Shown: positions 40,384 through 50,343 of the stretch, one piece after another | Position numbering within the stretch: position 1 is the first letter of the stretch | How the letters are laid out: each line of letters begins with the position of its first letter | From: a bacterium | GTDB taxonomy: Bacteria; Zhuqueibacterota; Zhuqueibacteria; Residuimicrobiales; Krinioviventaceae | Reading direction: 5' to 3' | Length of the DNA stretch: 64,000 bases | NCBI GenBank assembly: GCA_963674595.2 | Contig: CAXXFV010000027.1 | Span: 224,001-288,000, forward strand | Notes under the pieces: generated by a model | What the model saw: the letters and a program-made list of their open reading frames with translations, nothing else | Told to the model about the DNA's origin: nothing | Database searches by the model: none | Translations under genes and position numbers: made by a program

Positions 40384-41640
40384 TTAAATTTTATATTCTT
40401 TACGAATCGCAGACAGACTGTCCGGCCAATTTATTTTTGATTTTTCCGGAGAGAACAACGGAATTTCAACACTTTTCAAGTCCTGCTGCAAATATATAAA
40501 ATCATCACTCTGAATAGAATTGATAACCTGTAAGGGAACGTATTTGTCTTGTGACTTGAAAAAACAAAATTTTAAACTATCGATTGTAAATACAGCTTCT
40601 TTAGGTATTGCAATTGAATTAAGCGCTCTTTTGTAGATGATAGAGCAGCGGGCACTCATACCTGGCAGCATACCCTTTTGAGTGCTGTCTATTTCAACAG
40701 TTACCTGGACTTTTTTAACATTAGAGCCTTTTTTTACAGGTTTGGCGATTTTATCTATTTTGCTGACTCTTCCGGAAAACAATTTATCTTTAAGCATCGG
40801 AACCTGAATAACCGCGCTGTCTTTTACGGAAATCTTTTGTGCATCTGTTTCGTAGATATTTAATATAACCTGCATTTCCGAAAGATCGGGAATTTGAATG
40901 AGAGGCATTCCTCCGAAAGCAGGATCTCCTTCCTTAACATCTTCCCCGGTCGCCCAATGTCTGCTGTAAACAACAATACCGTTTACAGGAGATTTTAATA
41001 CAAGGGTTTCAAGAATCCTTTTACTTTCCTTTAAATCGTTTGCAGCCTGCTTTATTTTCATTTGTACACGAATCTTTTCTTCCTTTTGAATTTTTTCCAA
41101 AGATTTAAATTTTTTCTCCAGTTTTTGCAACTCTAATTTACGTTCCTCAATTTTTATTTGTTGTTTTTCCTGAACATTTTTAGCTTCATAAGCAAGTTTG
41201 TTCAATTGCAATTCGGCAGTAACCAAGGATGCTTTCGTTGCCTGAATTTCCGATTCAAGCAGATAAGTTTCCATGGATAACTCTGCCTCCTTTCGGGTGG
41301 CCTCTGCTTTTGCCAACGCAAGGGCATCAATCGCATTATTATAGCGCGTTTCCACATTTCTGGCTTCAAGCTCAACAACAACTTGGTCTTTTTTTACAAA
41401 GGTCCCTTCAGGTATTAATTTTGCAATGTTGGAACTGGAACGACGGATACGCGGAGCGGCTACAGGCCTGGAAATTTTTGCTTCCAGTTCACCGGTTTCA
41501 TCAACAGTCAGGTTATAATCAGCTTTGTGTGCCAGAAATAAAAGTTCAGGTTGTTTATTTTTATGACAACTCATAAAAAGTAAAAGACAGGCTGCAATCA
41601 CCAAGAGAATCTTTATAAAACTAAAAAAACCGTTACCCAC
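40384..41640 (-). CDS. Periplasmic adaptor (MFP) 1, lipoprotein
   Basis: FMSC lipobox, ETGELEA, LKSPVNGIV, IPDLS, LPGMSA, IPKEAV; GTG start. Confidence 0.85.
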   Translation of the reverse strand: MGNGFFSFIKILLVIAACLLLFMSCHKNKQPELLFLAHKADYNLTVDETGELEAKISRPVAAPRIRRSSSNIAKLIPEGTFVKKDQVVVELEARNVETRYNNAIDALALAKAEATRKEAELSMETYLLESEIQATKASLVTAELQLNKLAYEAKNVQEKQQIKIEERKLELQKLEKKFKSLEKIQKEEKIRVQMKIKQAANDLKESKRILETLVLKSPVNGIVVYSRHWATGEDVKEGDPAFGGMPLIQIPDLSEMQVILNIYETDAQKISVKDSAVIQVPMLKDKLFSGRVSKIDKIAKPVKKGSNVKKVQVTVEIDSTQKGMLPGMSARCSIIYKRALNSIAIPKEAVFTIDSLKFCFFKSQDKYVPLQVINSIQSDDFIYLQQDLKSVEIPLFSPEKSKINWPDSLSAIRKEYKI

Positions 41641-41703
41641 TACTGGTCCTCTATTTTCAATTTCATATAAAATTTTGATTTACTTAAGGGAGGAAATTTA
41701 CTT

Positions 41704-41732
41704 ACTATAATAATAAATACAAACTATGTCAA
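41704..41732 (-). promoter_or_regulatory. Near-consensus sigma70 promoter for the triple-MFP operon
   Basis: Minus strand TTGACA, 17 nt, TATAGT. Confidence 0.75.
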
Positions 41733-41771
41733 GTACTAATTATTTACGCTTCAAATAGTAAATAGTTTCTT

Positions 41772-42758
41772 TTATATATGAAATTCCACTATATCATTAT
41801 CAGCAAGTGTATAGTCCCTGTTGATTTTCTGGCCTTCAAATTTCCCATGTCCCCAAAGTTTTGCAAATTTGAGATGTTCTGAAAAATCTTTATGGACCAT
41901 CTGCGCTAAATCATCAAGCGTACTGCCGCGTTTGAGCATATAAGGTTTGTCATTATCCGGTTGTTTCCCGGGTGGTTTGGTATAAACCCGAATTAATTGA
42001 AGTGCCGCGATTAATTGTTTTTTAAAAAAGTCCAAATCGCTGTTTTGTTTTAAACAATCCAAAGCACTTGTATTAAACTGTTCGGCGTATAATTCTTTGA
42101 GGATTTTATAGTTTTCCATTGCACCGGTTATATCGGTCTTACAACATGCCAGCCAGCTTTGTTTGATGAACATCCGGTCCTGATATTCCGGTTGATGCTG
42201 AATCTTGGCAAGTTTGATATGGGCATTTGCCAATGTTTGCAACGTATCTTCCAACGAATCCATAACATCCGGATCGGAGATATCCACAACAACCAAAACA
42301 AAATCAGAGTGTTTAATAATATCCGGCACCCAAAATTCCATGTGCTGCGAGCAAACAGGCGGCAGATCAACAAGTTCCAACAGGTAATTATCATAGGACA
42401 TTATTACGGGATGAGGTTCCCGGGTGGTATAAGGATAGGGTGCAATTTCAAGTTCCGTATTCGTCAACCTGGATACAAGTTGGGATTTTCCGGAGTTGGG
42501 AGGTCCGACGAGAACTATTTGGGCTCCCCCCTCTTTTTCAACTTTGATACTAAAGCCTTTTTTTCTGCCGGATTTTTGTAATTCATTTTTTAAAGATGAA
42601 ATACGCTTTTTTAAATCAGCCTGCATTTTTTCAGTTCCCTTGTGCTTCGGGATAGCTGCAAGCATCGCTCTTAACGCCTCAAGTTTGTCCTGAGGCGTTA
42701 AAGCCTGACGATACTCATTTTCCGCCCGATAGTAATCGGGTGATAAATTAGCAGGCAT
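41772..42758 (-). CDS. DRG/OBG-like GTPase with TGS domain
   Basis: MPANL, IPKHKGTEK, G1 GPPNSGKS, G2 YPYTT, G3 DLPP, G4-like CKTD, TGS RVYTK..VHKDF..L.DNDIVE. Confidence 0.88.
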   Translation of the reverse strand: MPANLSPDYYRAENEYRQALTPQDKLEALRAMLAAIPKHKGTEKMQADLKKRISSLKNELQKSGRKKGFSIKVEKEGGAQIVLVGPPNSGKSQLVSRLTNTELEIAPYPYTTREPHPVIMSYDNYLLELVDLPPVCSQHMEFWVPDIIKHSDFVLVVVDISDPDVMDSLEDTLQTLANAHIKLAKIQHQPEYQDRMFIKQSWLACCKTDITGAMENYKILKELYAEQFNTSALDCLKQNSDLDFFKKQLIAALQLIRVYTKPPGKQPDNDKPYMLKRGSTLDDLAQMVHKDFSEHLKFAKLWGHGKFEGQKINRDYTLADNDIVEFHI

Positions 42759-42767
42759 TTTATCATC

Positions 42768-43460
42768 CTATTTTGGTATATCCTGATATTTGGAAATAGC
42801 ATGAAAACGTTGTGTAATTTTTTCAAATTCTGTTCTTAAAACAGAATAACTATTATCGTTGGTTTTTATATAAATAATATAGAGCAAGTCGTCACGCGGT
42901 AACACACTAAAAATCCAAACATTTAAATCATCCATTTCCTTTGGTATTTCAACCGCAAAATAAAATCCCTGTAAAAGATGATGTGCCGGCTGGGTAACGG
43001 CTTTGGTAATTTGAACCTGTTTTCCTCTATGTTCAAAATAATCCAGAATATTGGCCAGCATGTCAATCGTTTGGTCCTGAACCTGGGATAGTGTATCGCG
43101 CCTTGCGACCCCGACTAAACATTGTGCGGCGATATTGTCATCGAGCATTCGGTCCATTTGCAATTGCCAGTTAATATGGTTTAACATAGACTCCGATTCC
43201 GGTAAAAGAGCCAATGAGAAACCATCCGAACGTTCAGTCATGCTCCAGTGGCTATCCGGGGCCTGCACGGAGTAACGGTCCGTATAATTATAATACATCG
43301 AATCAACAATACCTTTAGCAGCATTGTTCAACAAAACCGGATAATCACGATAACTGTTTTTTAAACCTGTTTTAACCTGCAATAATATAACAAATACAAC
43401 GGCCAGTGCAAAAAGGATCATGACAATAGGTTGTATGTTTATCTTTTTATTTCTTTTCAT
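42768..43460 (-). CDS. Hypothetical membrane-anchored protein
   Basis: Start at ATG 43460 (MKRNKK) just after the pfkB stop; one N-terminal TM. Confidence 0.7.
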   Translation of the reverse strand: MKRNKKINIQPIVMILFALAVVFVILLQVKTGLKNSYRDYPVLLNNAAKGIVDSMYYNYTDRYSVQAPDSHWSMTERSDGFSLALLPESESMLNHINWQLQMDRMLDDNIAAQCLVGVARRDTLSQVQDQTIDMLANILDYFEHRGKQVQITKAVTQPAHHLLQGFYFAVEIPKEMDDLNVWIFSVLPRDDLLYIIYIKTNDNSYSVLRTEFEKITQRFHAISKYQDIPK

Positions 43461-43461
43461 A

Positions 43462-44358
43462 TTATTTTGAACCAATCTTGTTAATTTTGGAAATGTCCCA
43501 CACCGGCATGGCCCCTTTTTGAGTCGCAACATAGGCACCTAACCTGTTACCGTATTCTGCAATATTCTCAAGTGAGGCTTTTGCGAGATATTTTATTAAA
43601 AAACCGGCCGCAAAAGCATCTCCGGAGCCGGTTGTATCTACAACCTTGACATTGTATCCCGGATGTACGGCATAATCGTCTTTAGTAACGATAAAACATC
43701 CTTTTGCTCCCAGGGTTACAGCGGCCATTTCAATATTGTATTTTACTAAAATTTCTCTTATAAAGGCAATATCTTCTTTTCCCTTGCCATAAATCGCTTT
43801 TAGCTGCGCCAGTTCATCCTCGTTAAGTTTTATAATATTTGCTTTTTGAAGAGAATTTTCAACGATCTTTTGTGATTCATTGTTCCATCCTCGTAAATTA
43901 ATATCAAAAACTTTGACAGCATTTACCGCTTTATCTAAAAACTTTTGAATAGCGATAAAAGAATCCGGCCTGCGTTGGGCCAGGGTGCCAAAAAGAACGG
44001 CATCCAGTTTTGGTGCAATTGTTTCCCACTTTTCATCAAAAACCAGGTGATCAAAGGCAACATTTTGACTGCATTGAAAATGGGGAACACCCTGAGAATC
44101 GAGAGAAACTTGAACAGTTCCGGTGGGGAATTCATTATCAATCTGCAGCCCGGAGACATCAAGCTTAAACGTTCCGGACTGGGTTAAAACCTCTTTTCCC
44201 AAATCGTCATCACCAACCCGGCTGAGGACCATGCCGATATGGCCGGACTGAGAAATATGTGCCGCAAAATTGGCTGGTGCGCCGCCAAGGAATTTTTTGT
44301 CGTCATATATATCCCACAAAATTTCACCTAATCCTGCAATTTTATATTTATGTTCCAT
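43462..44358 (-). CDS. PfkB family carbohydrate kinase (fructokinase-like)
   Basis: GEILWD, GGAPANFA, DINLR, KLNEDE, DTTGSGDAF. Confidence 0.93.
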   Translation of the reverse strand: MEHKYKIAGLGEILWDIYDDKKFLGGAPANFAAHISQSGHIGMVLSRVGDDDLGKEVLTQSGTFKLDVSGLQIDNEFPTGTVQVSLDSQGVPHFQCSQNVAFDHLVFDEKWETIAPKLDAVLFGTLAQRRPDSFIAIQKFLDKAVNAVKVFDINLRGWNNESQKIVENSLQKANIIKLNEDELAQLKAIYGKGKEDIAFIREILVKYNIEMAAVTLGAKGCFIVTKDDYAVHPGYNVKVVDTTGSGDAFAAGFLIKYLAKASLENIAEYGNRLGAYVATQKGAMPVWDISKINKIGSK

Positions 44359-44368
44359 TCACATTCCT

Positions 44369-46318
44369 TTAATATTTCATTCTTTCAGCTATGGTAATTT
44401 TGGGTTCACCGGGCATGGGGCCGGCGCCGGTTCGCGGGTCAATTTCCTTAAAAATAATTCCGGGGGGGCGTTTAAAATCGGTAAACAGAGAATTGCCCAG
44501 GGCACTTTTCATAAACTCTACCCAAATAGGAATTGCGGCCCTGCCGCCTGTTATACTTCCGCCCCATTTGTCATGCATCATCCTGTTATCATCAAACCCA
44601 ACCCAAACAACCGTAACCAAATCCGGGGTGAATCCGATAAACCAGGCATCGCGATTATCACCGGATGTCCCTGTTTTACCGGCACAGGGTCGTCTAAATT
44701 TTAATGTTTTGATACTTTTGGCAGTTCCATGTTCCACAACACCACGCAGCATATCGATCATAATGTAACAGGTTTGCGCATCGAACAATTTTTCATTTTT
44801 ATAGGATTTTGACCATAAATTTTTATTCTCAGCACTTTTAATCGCTTTTATCATTTTGGGTTCTTTTCGAATTCCTTCTGAAGCGATGGTAACATAAGCC
44901 GAAGCCATTTCATAAGGCGAAACAGATGTTGCTCCAAGTGCCAATGAATAAAGAGGCTGTAACGGACTTTTAATTCCCATTTTTTGCGCATATTCAACCG
45001 CTACTTCCGGTGTAAGGCGTTGGATAATTTGCGCGGCAATGGTATTTCTGGACTCTGACAAACCATATTTAACCGTCATGGGCCCAAGGTATTCTTTTTC
45101 GAAATTTTCAGGTTCCCATACCTGGTTATCAAACTCAATTTTAACCGGTTGATCAATCAATACCGTAGAAGGAGTAATTATTCCTTTATCCAGCGCACCG
45201 AAATATATAAACAGTTTAAAGGCGGAACCCGGACTACGGTTATTGGAAACAGCCCGGTTAAACGGTGACCTTATAAAATCCCGGCCGCCAACCATTGCCT
45301 TAACGTCACCACTATGAACATCGATTGCCACCAGTGCTGCCTGCGGATAATTCAATTTTTCTTCCCAACTGGCTTGTTCATAAGGCGGAAAGCCCATCAA
45401 TTGATCAAACTCGGCCAGTTTTTCCTTAACAGCACGGGTTGCTTCAAACTGATAATGAGAATTCATTGTTGTAAAAATATCCAAGCCACCGTAATTGACA
45501 GCTCCTCTGCCCAAATCTTCAGAGGCTGTTTTTAAAATATAATCAAGAAAATAATCGGCAGAACCGCTGAAAACATTCATACGATGATATTCCAGTTCTC
45601 GTGCTGATAATTCCTGGCGTTTATCCTGTGTAATGAAACCCTCATCGGCCATACGTTTTATCACAAATATATATCGTTCTTTGGCAATCTCTTTGTTTTT
45701 ATAGGGACTGTATCTGGCCGGCCATCTTGGGATTCCTGCCAACATGGCTGATTCTTCGACAGTCAATTCATCGGCGTGTTTTGAAAAATAAGTTTGCGCC
45801 GCCAATTCCACACCATAAACACCGGACCCAAAATCAATTTGATTTAAATAAGCTTCGAGAATATCTTTTTTAGTAAACTGACGCTCAATTTGAAAAGTCA
45901 ACAAAGCTTCTTTAATTTTCCGGCTCCAGCTTTTATGAAAATCGAAAAATAAATTTTTAACCAGTTGCTGTGTAATTGTGCTTCCGCCGCCACGAATACG
46001 GCCGCTTTTTAAATTATAAAACAGAGCATTTATAATTGAAAATTTGGAAATACCGTGGTGTTTATAAAAATTTTTATCTTCCAAAGCAATAAACGCATTT
46101 ACCAGATCCGGGGATATAAAATCAATAGGAACCACCTGCCGATTAGCAAGAACTTTGATGACCTGATTATTGTCGTCATAAATTTTAGTCGGTTGGGTTA
46201 AAGCTATCTTGTTCAAGTCATCAGGAATTTGAGGTAAGGTCAATAAATATTTTATAATAATAACCAGGATTAAACAGATAAAAACTAAAATTCCATAAAA
46301 GACGATTCGTTTCTTCAT
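44369..46318 (-). CDS. Class A penicillin-binding protein (PBP1A family)
   Basis: Transglycosylase EDKNFYKHHG, GGSTITQQLVKN; transpeptidase SAFK, SRN, KTG. Confidence 0.95.
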   Translation of the reverse strand: MKKRIVFYGILVFICLILVIIIKYLLTLPQIPDDLNKIALTQPTKIYDDNNQVIKVLANRQVVPIDFISPDLVNAFIALEDKNFYKHHGISKFSIINALFYNLKSGRIRGGGSTITQQLVKNLFFDFHKSWSRKIKEALLTFQIERQFTKKDILEAYLNQIDFGSGVYGVELAAQTYFSKHADELTVEESAMLAGIPRWPARYSPYKNKEIAKERYIFVIKRMADEGFITQDKRQELSARELEYHRMNVFSGSADYFLDYILKTASEDLGRGAVNYGGLDIFTTMNSHYQFEATRAVKEKLAEFDQLMGFPPYEQASWEEKLNYPQAALVAIDVHSGDVKAMVGGRDFIRSPFNRAVSNNRSPGSAFKLFIYFGALDKGIITPSTVLIDQPVKIEFDNQVWEPENFEKEYLGPMTVKYGLSESRNTIAAQIIQRLTPEVAVEYAQKMGIKSPLQPLYSLALGATSVSPYEMASAYVTIASEGIRKEPKMIKAIKSAENKNLWSKSYKNEKLFDAQTCYIMIDMLRGVVEHGTAKSIKTLKFRRPCAGKTGTSGDNRDAWFIGFTPDLVTVVWVGFDDNRMMHDKWGGSITGGRAAIPIWVEFMKSALGNSLFTDFKRPPGIIFKEIDPRTGAGPMPGEPKITIAERMKY

Positions 46319-46328
46319 TCTATTTCTC

Positions 46329-47192
46329 TTATTTTACAGGCAGCGCCATTACAGGAGGAGATTGAATTTGATTTAACTGGGCTATAAAATATCCGGCGGC
46401 AAGTTCCGATGCATTCATTTCATACACATGTGTACCAGCCCCGGAACGAACTTCGAAAGCAAAGGTTACCGAACCATCAACAACCTGAGAAGAGACTCCC
46501 ACCCATTGCAAATTATCCCCCCAGGCTATTAATTTGTAAGGATCATTGATAATTTGCAATTTCAACGATTTGTTTAAACTATCAAAAGCCTTTAAAAACA
46601 AATCTGCCGAAATAACCCGATCCTTATATTGGGGTATGTTTTCAAGTTTAGATTCACTCAAGTCAGTATCTTCATCCTGAAAGAGTATTTTATTATCAAC
46701 ATAAACGGATTTTATTTCTCTTTGAAATCCATCCAAAAAAGATGTCACTGTTTGCAAGGATGTACGTTCGAATTTTGTAAACATCCACACATCGTTTCTT
46801 GACAACTCGTAAAGCTCCAATGGATCTATAATACTTTTAGCAATATCAGCAGGAATGTTTTTATAAAAAGTCAGAAATGTCTTTTTGGTGACTGTAATTT
46901 CAGGTTTTTGTGTGAGATAAAAACCCAAATCCTCCAACGTTTGCACAACAACAACTGAAAGCGTATCAATCGGCAGACTATCCTGCAAGGCGATAACCTG
47001 CTGCTGCCCGTTAAGGCCTTTTTCTTCCTCTGTCCATAAACGGCCGGTTTGGGGGCGCTGAGAATTTGTTAAAAGCATAACCTCACCCAGCACTATTTCA
47101 ACGAAATCAAACATGAACTCGCACAAGACTATTAATAAAAAAACACCTAAAAAAAGGTATAATTTTTTTTTGATTTTCTTTTTATCAGGCAT
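46329..47192 (-). CDS. Hypothetical membrane-anchored protein with an internal duplication
   Basis: Basic N-terminus, TM, two FL...IIxDP..L...N..W units. Confidence 0.72.
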   Translation of the reverse strand: MPDKKKIKKKLYLFLGVFLLIVLCEFMFDFVEIVLGEVMLLTNSQRPQTGRLWTEEEKGLNGQQQVIALQDSLPIDTLSVVVVQTLEDLGFYLTQKPEITVTKKTFLTFYKNIPADIAKSIIDPLELYELSRNDVWMFTKFERTSLQTVTSFLDGFQREIKSVYVDNKILFQDEDTDLSESKLENIPQYKDRVISADLFLKAFDSLNKSLKLQIINDPYKLIAWGDNLQWVGVSSQVVDGSVTFAFEVRSGAGTHVYEMNASELAAGYFIAQLNQIQSPPVMALPVK

Positions 47193-47234
47193 ATCTCCGT
47201 TTCCGCAAAAAGAATGAACCGACAGACTCGTTTT

Positions 47235-48128
47235 TTAAAATTTAAAAGGTACGGGTGTAAAAGATGTTAGAAAGATAATAAATATGATATAACCAAGCAA
47301 GCGGCGTTTTTTATCAAGTAATGTAAAATCATCAATAGGTGCGGGATGTTTGCGTCCTAAAATTAATAGCAATATAAAGAGCAAAGCCCATCCGGGATAA
47401 AAAAATAAGGCAATTATACCAAGCATGGCAAGGAAGCTAAAACTAATCAATCGTGCCTTATGACCGAACATACTGTAAATAATATGTCCGCCATCCAATT
47501 GCCCGATGGGCAACAAATTTAATGAGGTGACAAACAAACCGGCCCAACCAGCATAACCAACAGGATGAGTAATGATTTCATAATTATTTGATATATTGCC
47601 AACTGCAAAATATGAAATAATTTTAAACAGTAACGGCTCACCTAAAATGAGGTATTGGGTTCCTACTTCTGAAGATGGAACAATTGTTGACCATTTCAGT
47701 CCAAAATAGATAGCCGGTACACTCAGAATAAAACCGGCAATAGGTCCGGCAGCGCCGATATCAAACAATGCTTTTCGGCTTGGAATATAACCCCGCATTT
47801 GTATGATAGCTCCCATAGTTCCAAATGGGTTAAGAAACGGAAAAGGTATAAAAAACGGCAAGGTTGCCGGAACGCCATAACGACGACACATGATATAGTG
47901 CCCCATTTCATGTGCAAAAAGTATGGAAATGATGGCAATACTGTAAGTAAAATCAATTGTCAACCACGTGGAAAAGATGGTCGCAATTAACAAGATTAAA
48001 TTAATATACGGTTTATCAATAGGTAACGGTTTGATATTGAAGTTAAATCTGGGTTTTGTTCTCTGTTGAGGATAAACATATTGTATTTCTTCATTTATAT
48101 CATTATTCATAATAATCCAATTTTTCAT
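47235..48128 (-). CDS. Site-2 protease (M50) family
   Basis: HEMGH, GTMGA, AGPIAG, NLLPIGQLDGGH. Confidence 0.93.
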   Translation of the reverse strand: MKNWIIMNNDINEEIQYVYPQQRTKPRFNFNIKPLPIDKPYINLILLIATIFSTWLTIDFTYSIAIISILFAHEMGHYIMCRRYGVPATLPFFIPFPFLNPFGTMGAIIQMRGYIPSRKALFDIGAAGPIAGFILSVPAIYFGLKWSTIVPSSEVGTQYLILGEPLLFKIISYFAVGNISNNYEIITHPVGYAGWAGLFVTSLNLLPIGQLDGGHIIYSMFGHKARLISFSFLAMLGIIALFFYPGWALLFILLLILGRKHPAPIDDFTLLDKKRRLLGYIIFIIFLTSFTPVPFKF

Positions 48129-48131
48129 ATT

Positions 48132-48914
48132 TTATAAATCAATTATCACAGGTTCACCAATTTGAACATTTAAAAATTTTTGTGCATTTCCATTAACAAG
48201 AGCAATTTCCAAAAAATTATGGCTTCCGACAAGGGCAACCAACGAGTCTGTTGTTTCCTGTGCATAATATTGAGATATTTTATTTATTACTGTTTCTTTA
48301 ATTCGAATCGATTTCAAGTTTTTATTGGTAAAAAGTGTTTTGGGAATATTTGTAATCAAGTTACCAAACCGGTCTATATAAACAACTTTACCGGCAATTT
48401 GGTTCCGCTTTTGTTCGGCAAATTCCAATTTTCCTGTCAAATAATCCGTAATTCTGGTGCCTAATTTTGTTACAGCTATTCCATTTGAAAGATGGGCGGC
48501 AATCGGGGCAAAAACATCCCGGCCATGAAATGTTTGGCTGATATCCGGTAAAAAGTATTTGGGATTGTTCAGGTGATAAACATTAACATTTTTATTCTCA
48601 GCATAAATCCATTTTAATACACCGTTATCCGGAGCGATAAAATAATAATTCTGTGTCTGTACCAAAATCGGCAGCCTTTGAGATCCCACACCGGGATCCA
48701 CTACAACTACATGAATACTCATTTTTGGAAAATATTTATAACTTGATGCCAAAACAAAGGCAGCGCTGTTAATATCGCCCTGTTCTATCTGGTGGGAAAT
48801 ATCAATGACGCCGGCATCCGGATTTATTCCGGCAATAATGCCTTTCATAATGCCGGTAAAACCGTCTCGATCACCAAAATCGGTTAATAATGTAATGACA
48901 GGTTTGTTATACAT
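48132..48914 (-). CDS. DUF62 SAM hydroxide adenosyltransferase (SAM hydrolase family)
   Basis: LLTDFG, VVDPGVGSQR, APDNG, TFHGRDVFAP, DRFGNLITN. Confidence 0.92.
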   Translation of the reverse strand: MYNKPVITLLTDFGDRDGFTGIMKGIIAGINPDAGVIDISHQIEQGDINSAAFVLASSYKYFPKMSIHVVVVDPGVGSQRLPILVQTQNYYFIAPDNGVLKWIYAENKNVNVYHLNNPKYFLPDISQTFHGRDVFAPIAAHLSNGIAVTKLGTRITDYLTGKLEFAEQKRNQIAGKVVYIDRFGNLITNIPKTLFTNKNLKSIRIKETVINKISQYYAQETTDSLVALVGSHNFLEIALVNGNAQKFLNVQIGEPVIIDL

Positions 48915-48930
48915 AAAGCCAAAAAATTCG

Positions 48931-50343
48931 TTAATGGATACAGTCGTTAATCAAAACGGGTGCATGATCAGGCGCTGTTAATTTTCTATTTTCTTCCCGC
49001 ACCCAATGCACCAGTTCTTCGCACTTTTCCCAACCGATACTGTTGGCCCAAACAGGGTAAATAGAATTATTTGTTAATAACGGGTCCTGTACAAAGTCCG
49101 TATACCCGCTTTTAACTGCCAGGTCCCATTCCCTGGTTTGGGGGATTGGTGAAAAAGAAGCCGGATTTACGTGAACGCCCAAATCATGAACAAACCGTAC
49201 ACTGTTTTTTACTTCATCAATGCTCTGGTTCGGCAGTCCGAAAATGACATATACACCAAGATTCTCAGTTGACAAGCCGGCACGATATAAATTTTTTACA
49301 GCCGTTTCAAGATCATTATTAGAAACTTTTGAAGATAATCGTTTTTGAGTGGAATGATCGGATGACTCGAAACTTAGTCTGAGCGTTCTACCGCCGGCAT
49401 GAAAAAATAAATCAGCCAGTTCCTCATCGATATAACGGGGATGCAGACCGTTTGGGGTGTGCATAGCCAGGTCCAGGTCTTTTTCGATAATTCCCCGGAG
49501 TATGGGTTTAAAAAACTGATCAGCCTGAAATAACAGAGCATCATCATAAAATGCTACATGGTTAATATCATAGTTATCATGCCAATATTGTAACTCGTTC
49601 ACAACCTTTTGCGGAAAACGTCTTAAGTGATGCGGCACAAGCACTTTTGAGGCGCAAAAACTACAATGAAAAGGGCAGCCTCTGGAAGTTTGAATTAAAA
49701 CAGATTCAAGATGTGGATACATATCAAAAGCAGGATAAGGCAGATCGTTGATATTAAATTCATAATCTGCACCGGGTCCATTGGTTATCTCTGCTAAAAG
49801 TCGGACAACTTGCTGTTCACCCTCACCGATAATTATAAAATCCGGTGAAATATAAGATTGGGCATGTTCCGGGCATAAAGTCGCATAAACACCTCCCAAA
49901 ATAATCGGCGTACCAGGGAAAAAAATACGAAGCAGTTCAACCATAGCCTTAACACCGGGATACCAGTAGGTCATTCCGCTTGCAATCAAGATAGCTTCCA
50001 GGCGAACAGGAAAATTTTCAAGGTATTTTTCTACATAGGAAAGAGAAAACCCGTAACGGCAATAATTTTTAGGAACGTGTTCAAGTATAGCTGGTTTTTC
50101 TATAATTTCACGATAAAACTTGCCCGTACCATCGTAACGGACTTTGGCACTGTCTTTTTTCTGATATTGCAGAAATTTTGGGTCAAAACGGTCCAGACAA
50201 TCCAACAGGTGTACCTGATAGCCGTAATTCCGGAGTATTGCTCCAATCTGTAATAATCCGGTGGGTTTGTTCCAAAAATCATAAGCAGCAAAATCATATA
50301 TCCAGGGATTGACTAGAAGTATATTTGCATCCGAACCCGTCAT
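48931..50343 (-). CDS. B12-binding domain radical SAM protein
   Basis: LLVNPWIYDFAAYDFW.KP.GL, MTYWYPG, LGGVYA, GEGE, SRGCPFHCSFC. Confidence 0.9.
   Translation of the reverse strand: MTGSDANILLVNPWIYDFAAYDFWNKPTGLLQIGAILRNYGYQVHLLDCLDRFDPKFLQYQKKDSAKVRYDGTGKFYREIIEKPAILEHVPKNYCRYGFSLSYVEKYLENFPVRLEAILIASGMTYWYPGVKAMVELLRIFFPGTPIILGGVYATLCPEHAQSYISPDFIIIGEGEQQVVRLLAEITNGPGADYEFNINDLPYPAFDMYPHLESVLIQTSRGCPFHCSFCASKVLVPHHLRRFPQKVVNELQYWHDNYDINHVAFYDDALLFQADQFFKPILRGIIEKDLDLAMHTPNGLHPRYIDEELADLFFHAGGRTLRLSFESSDHSTQKRLSSKVSNNDLETAVKNLYRAGLSTENLGVYVIFGLPNQSIDEVKNSVRFVHDLGVHVNPASFSPIPQTREWDLAVKSGYTDFVQDPLLTNNSIYPVWANSIGWEKCEELVHWVREENRKLTAPDHAPVLINDCIH

Noticed and set aside
48132-48914. Fluorinase/chlorinase activity
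   Set aside because: It keeps the Asp-Arg-His set (VDPGVGSQR, TFHGRD) typical of DUF62 hydroxide adenosyltransferases, and no halometabolite cluster is nearby.
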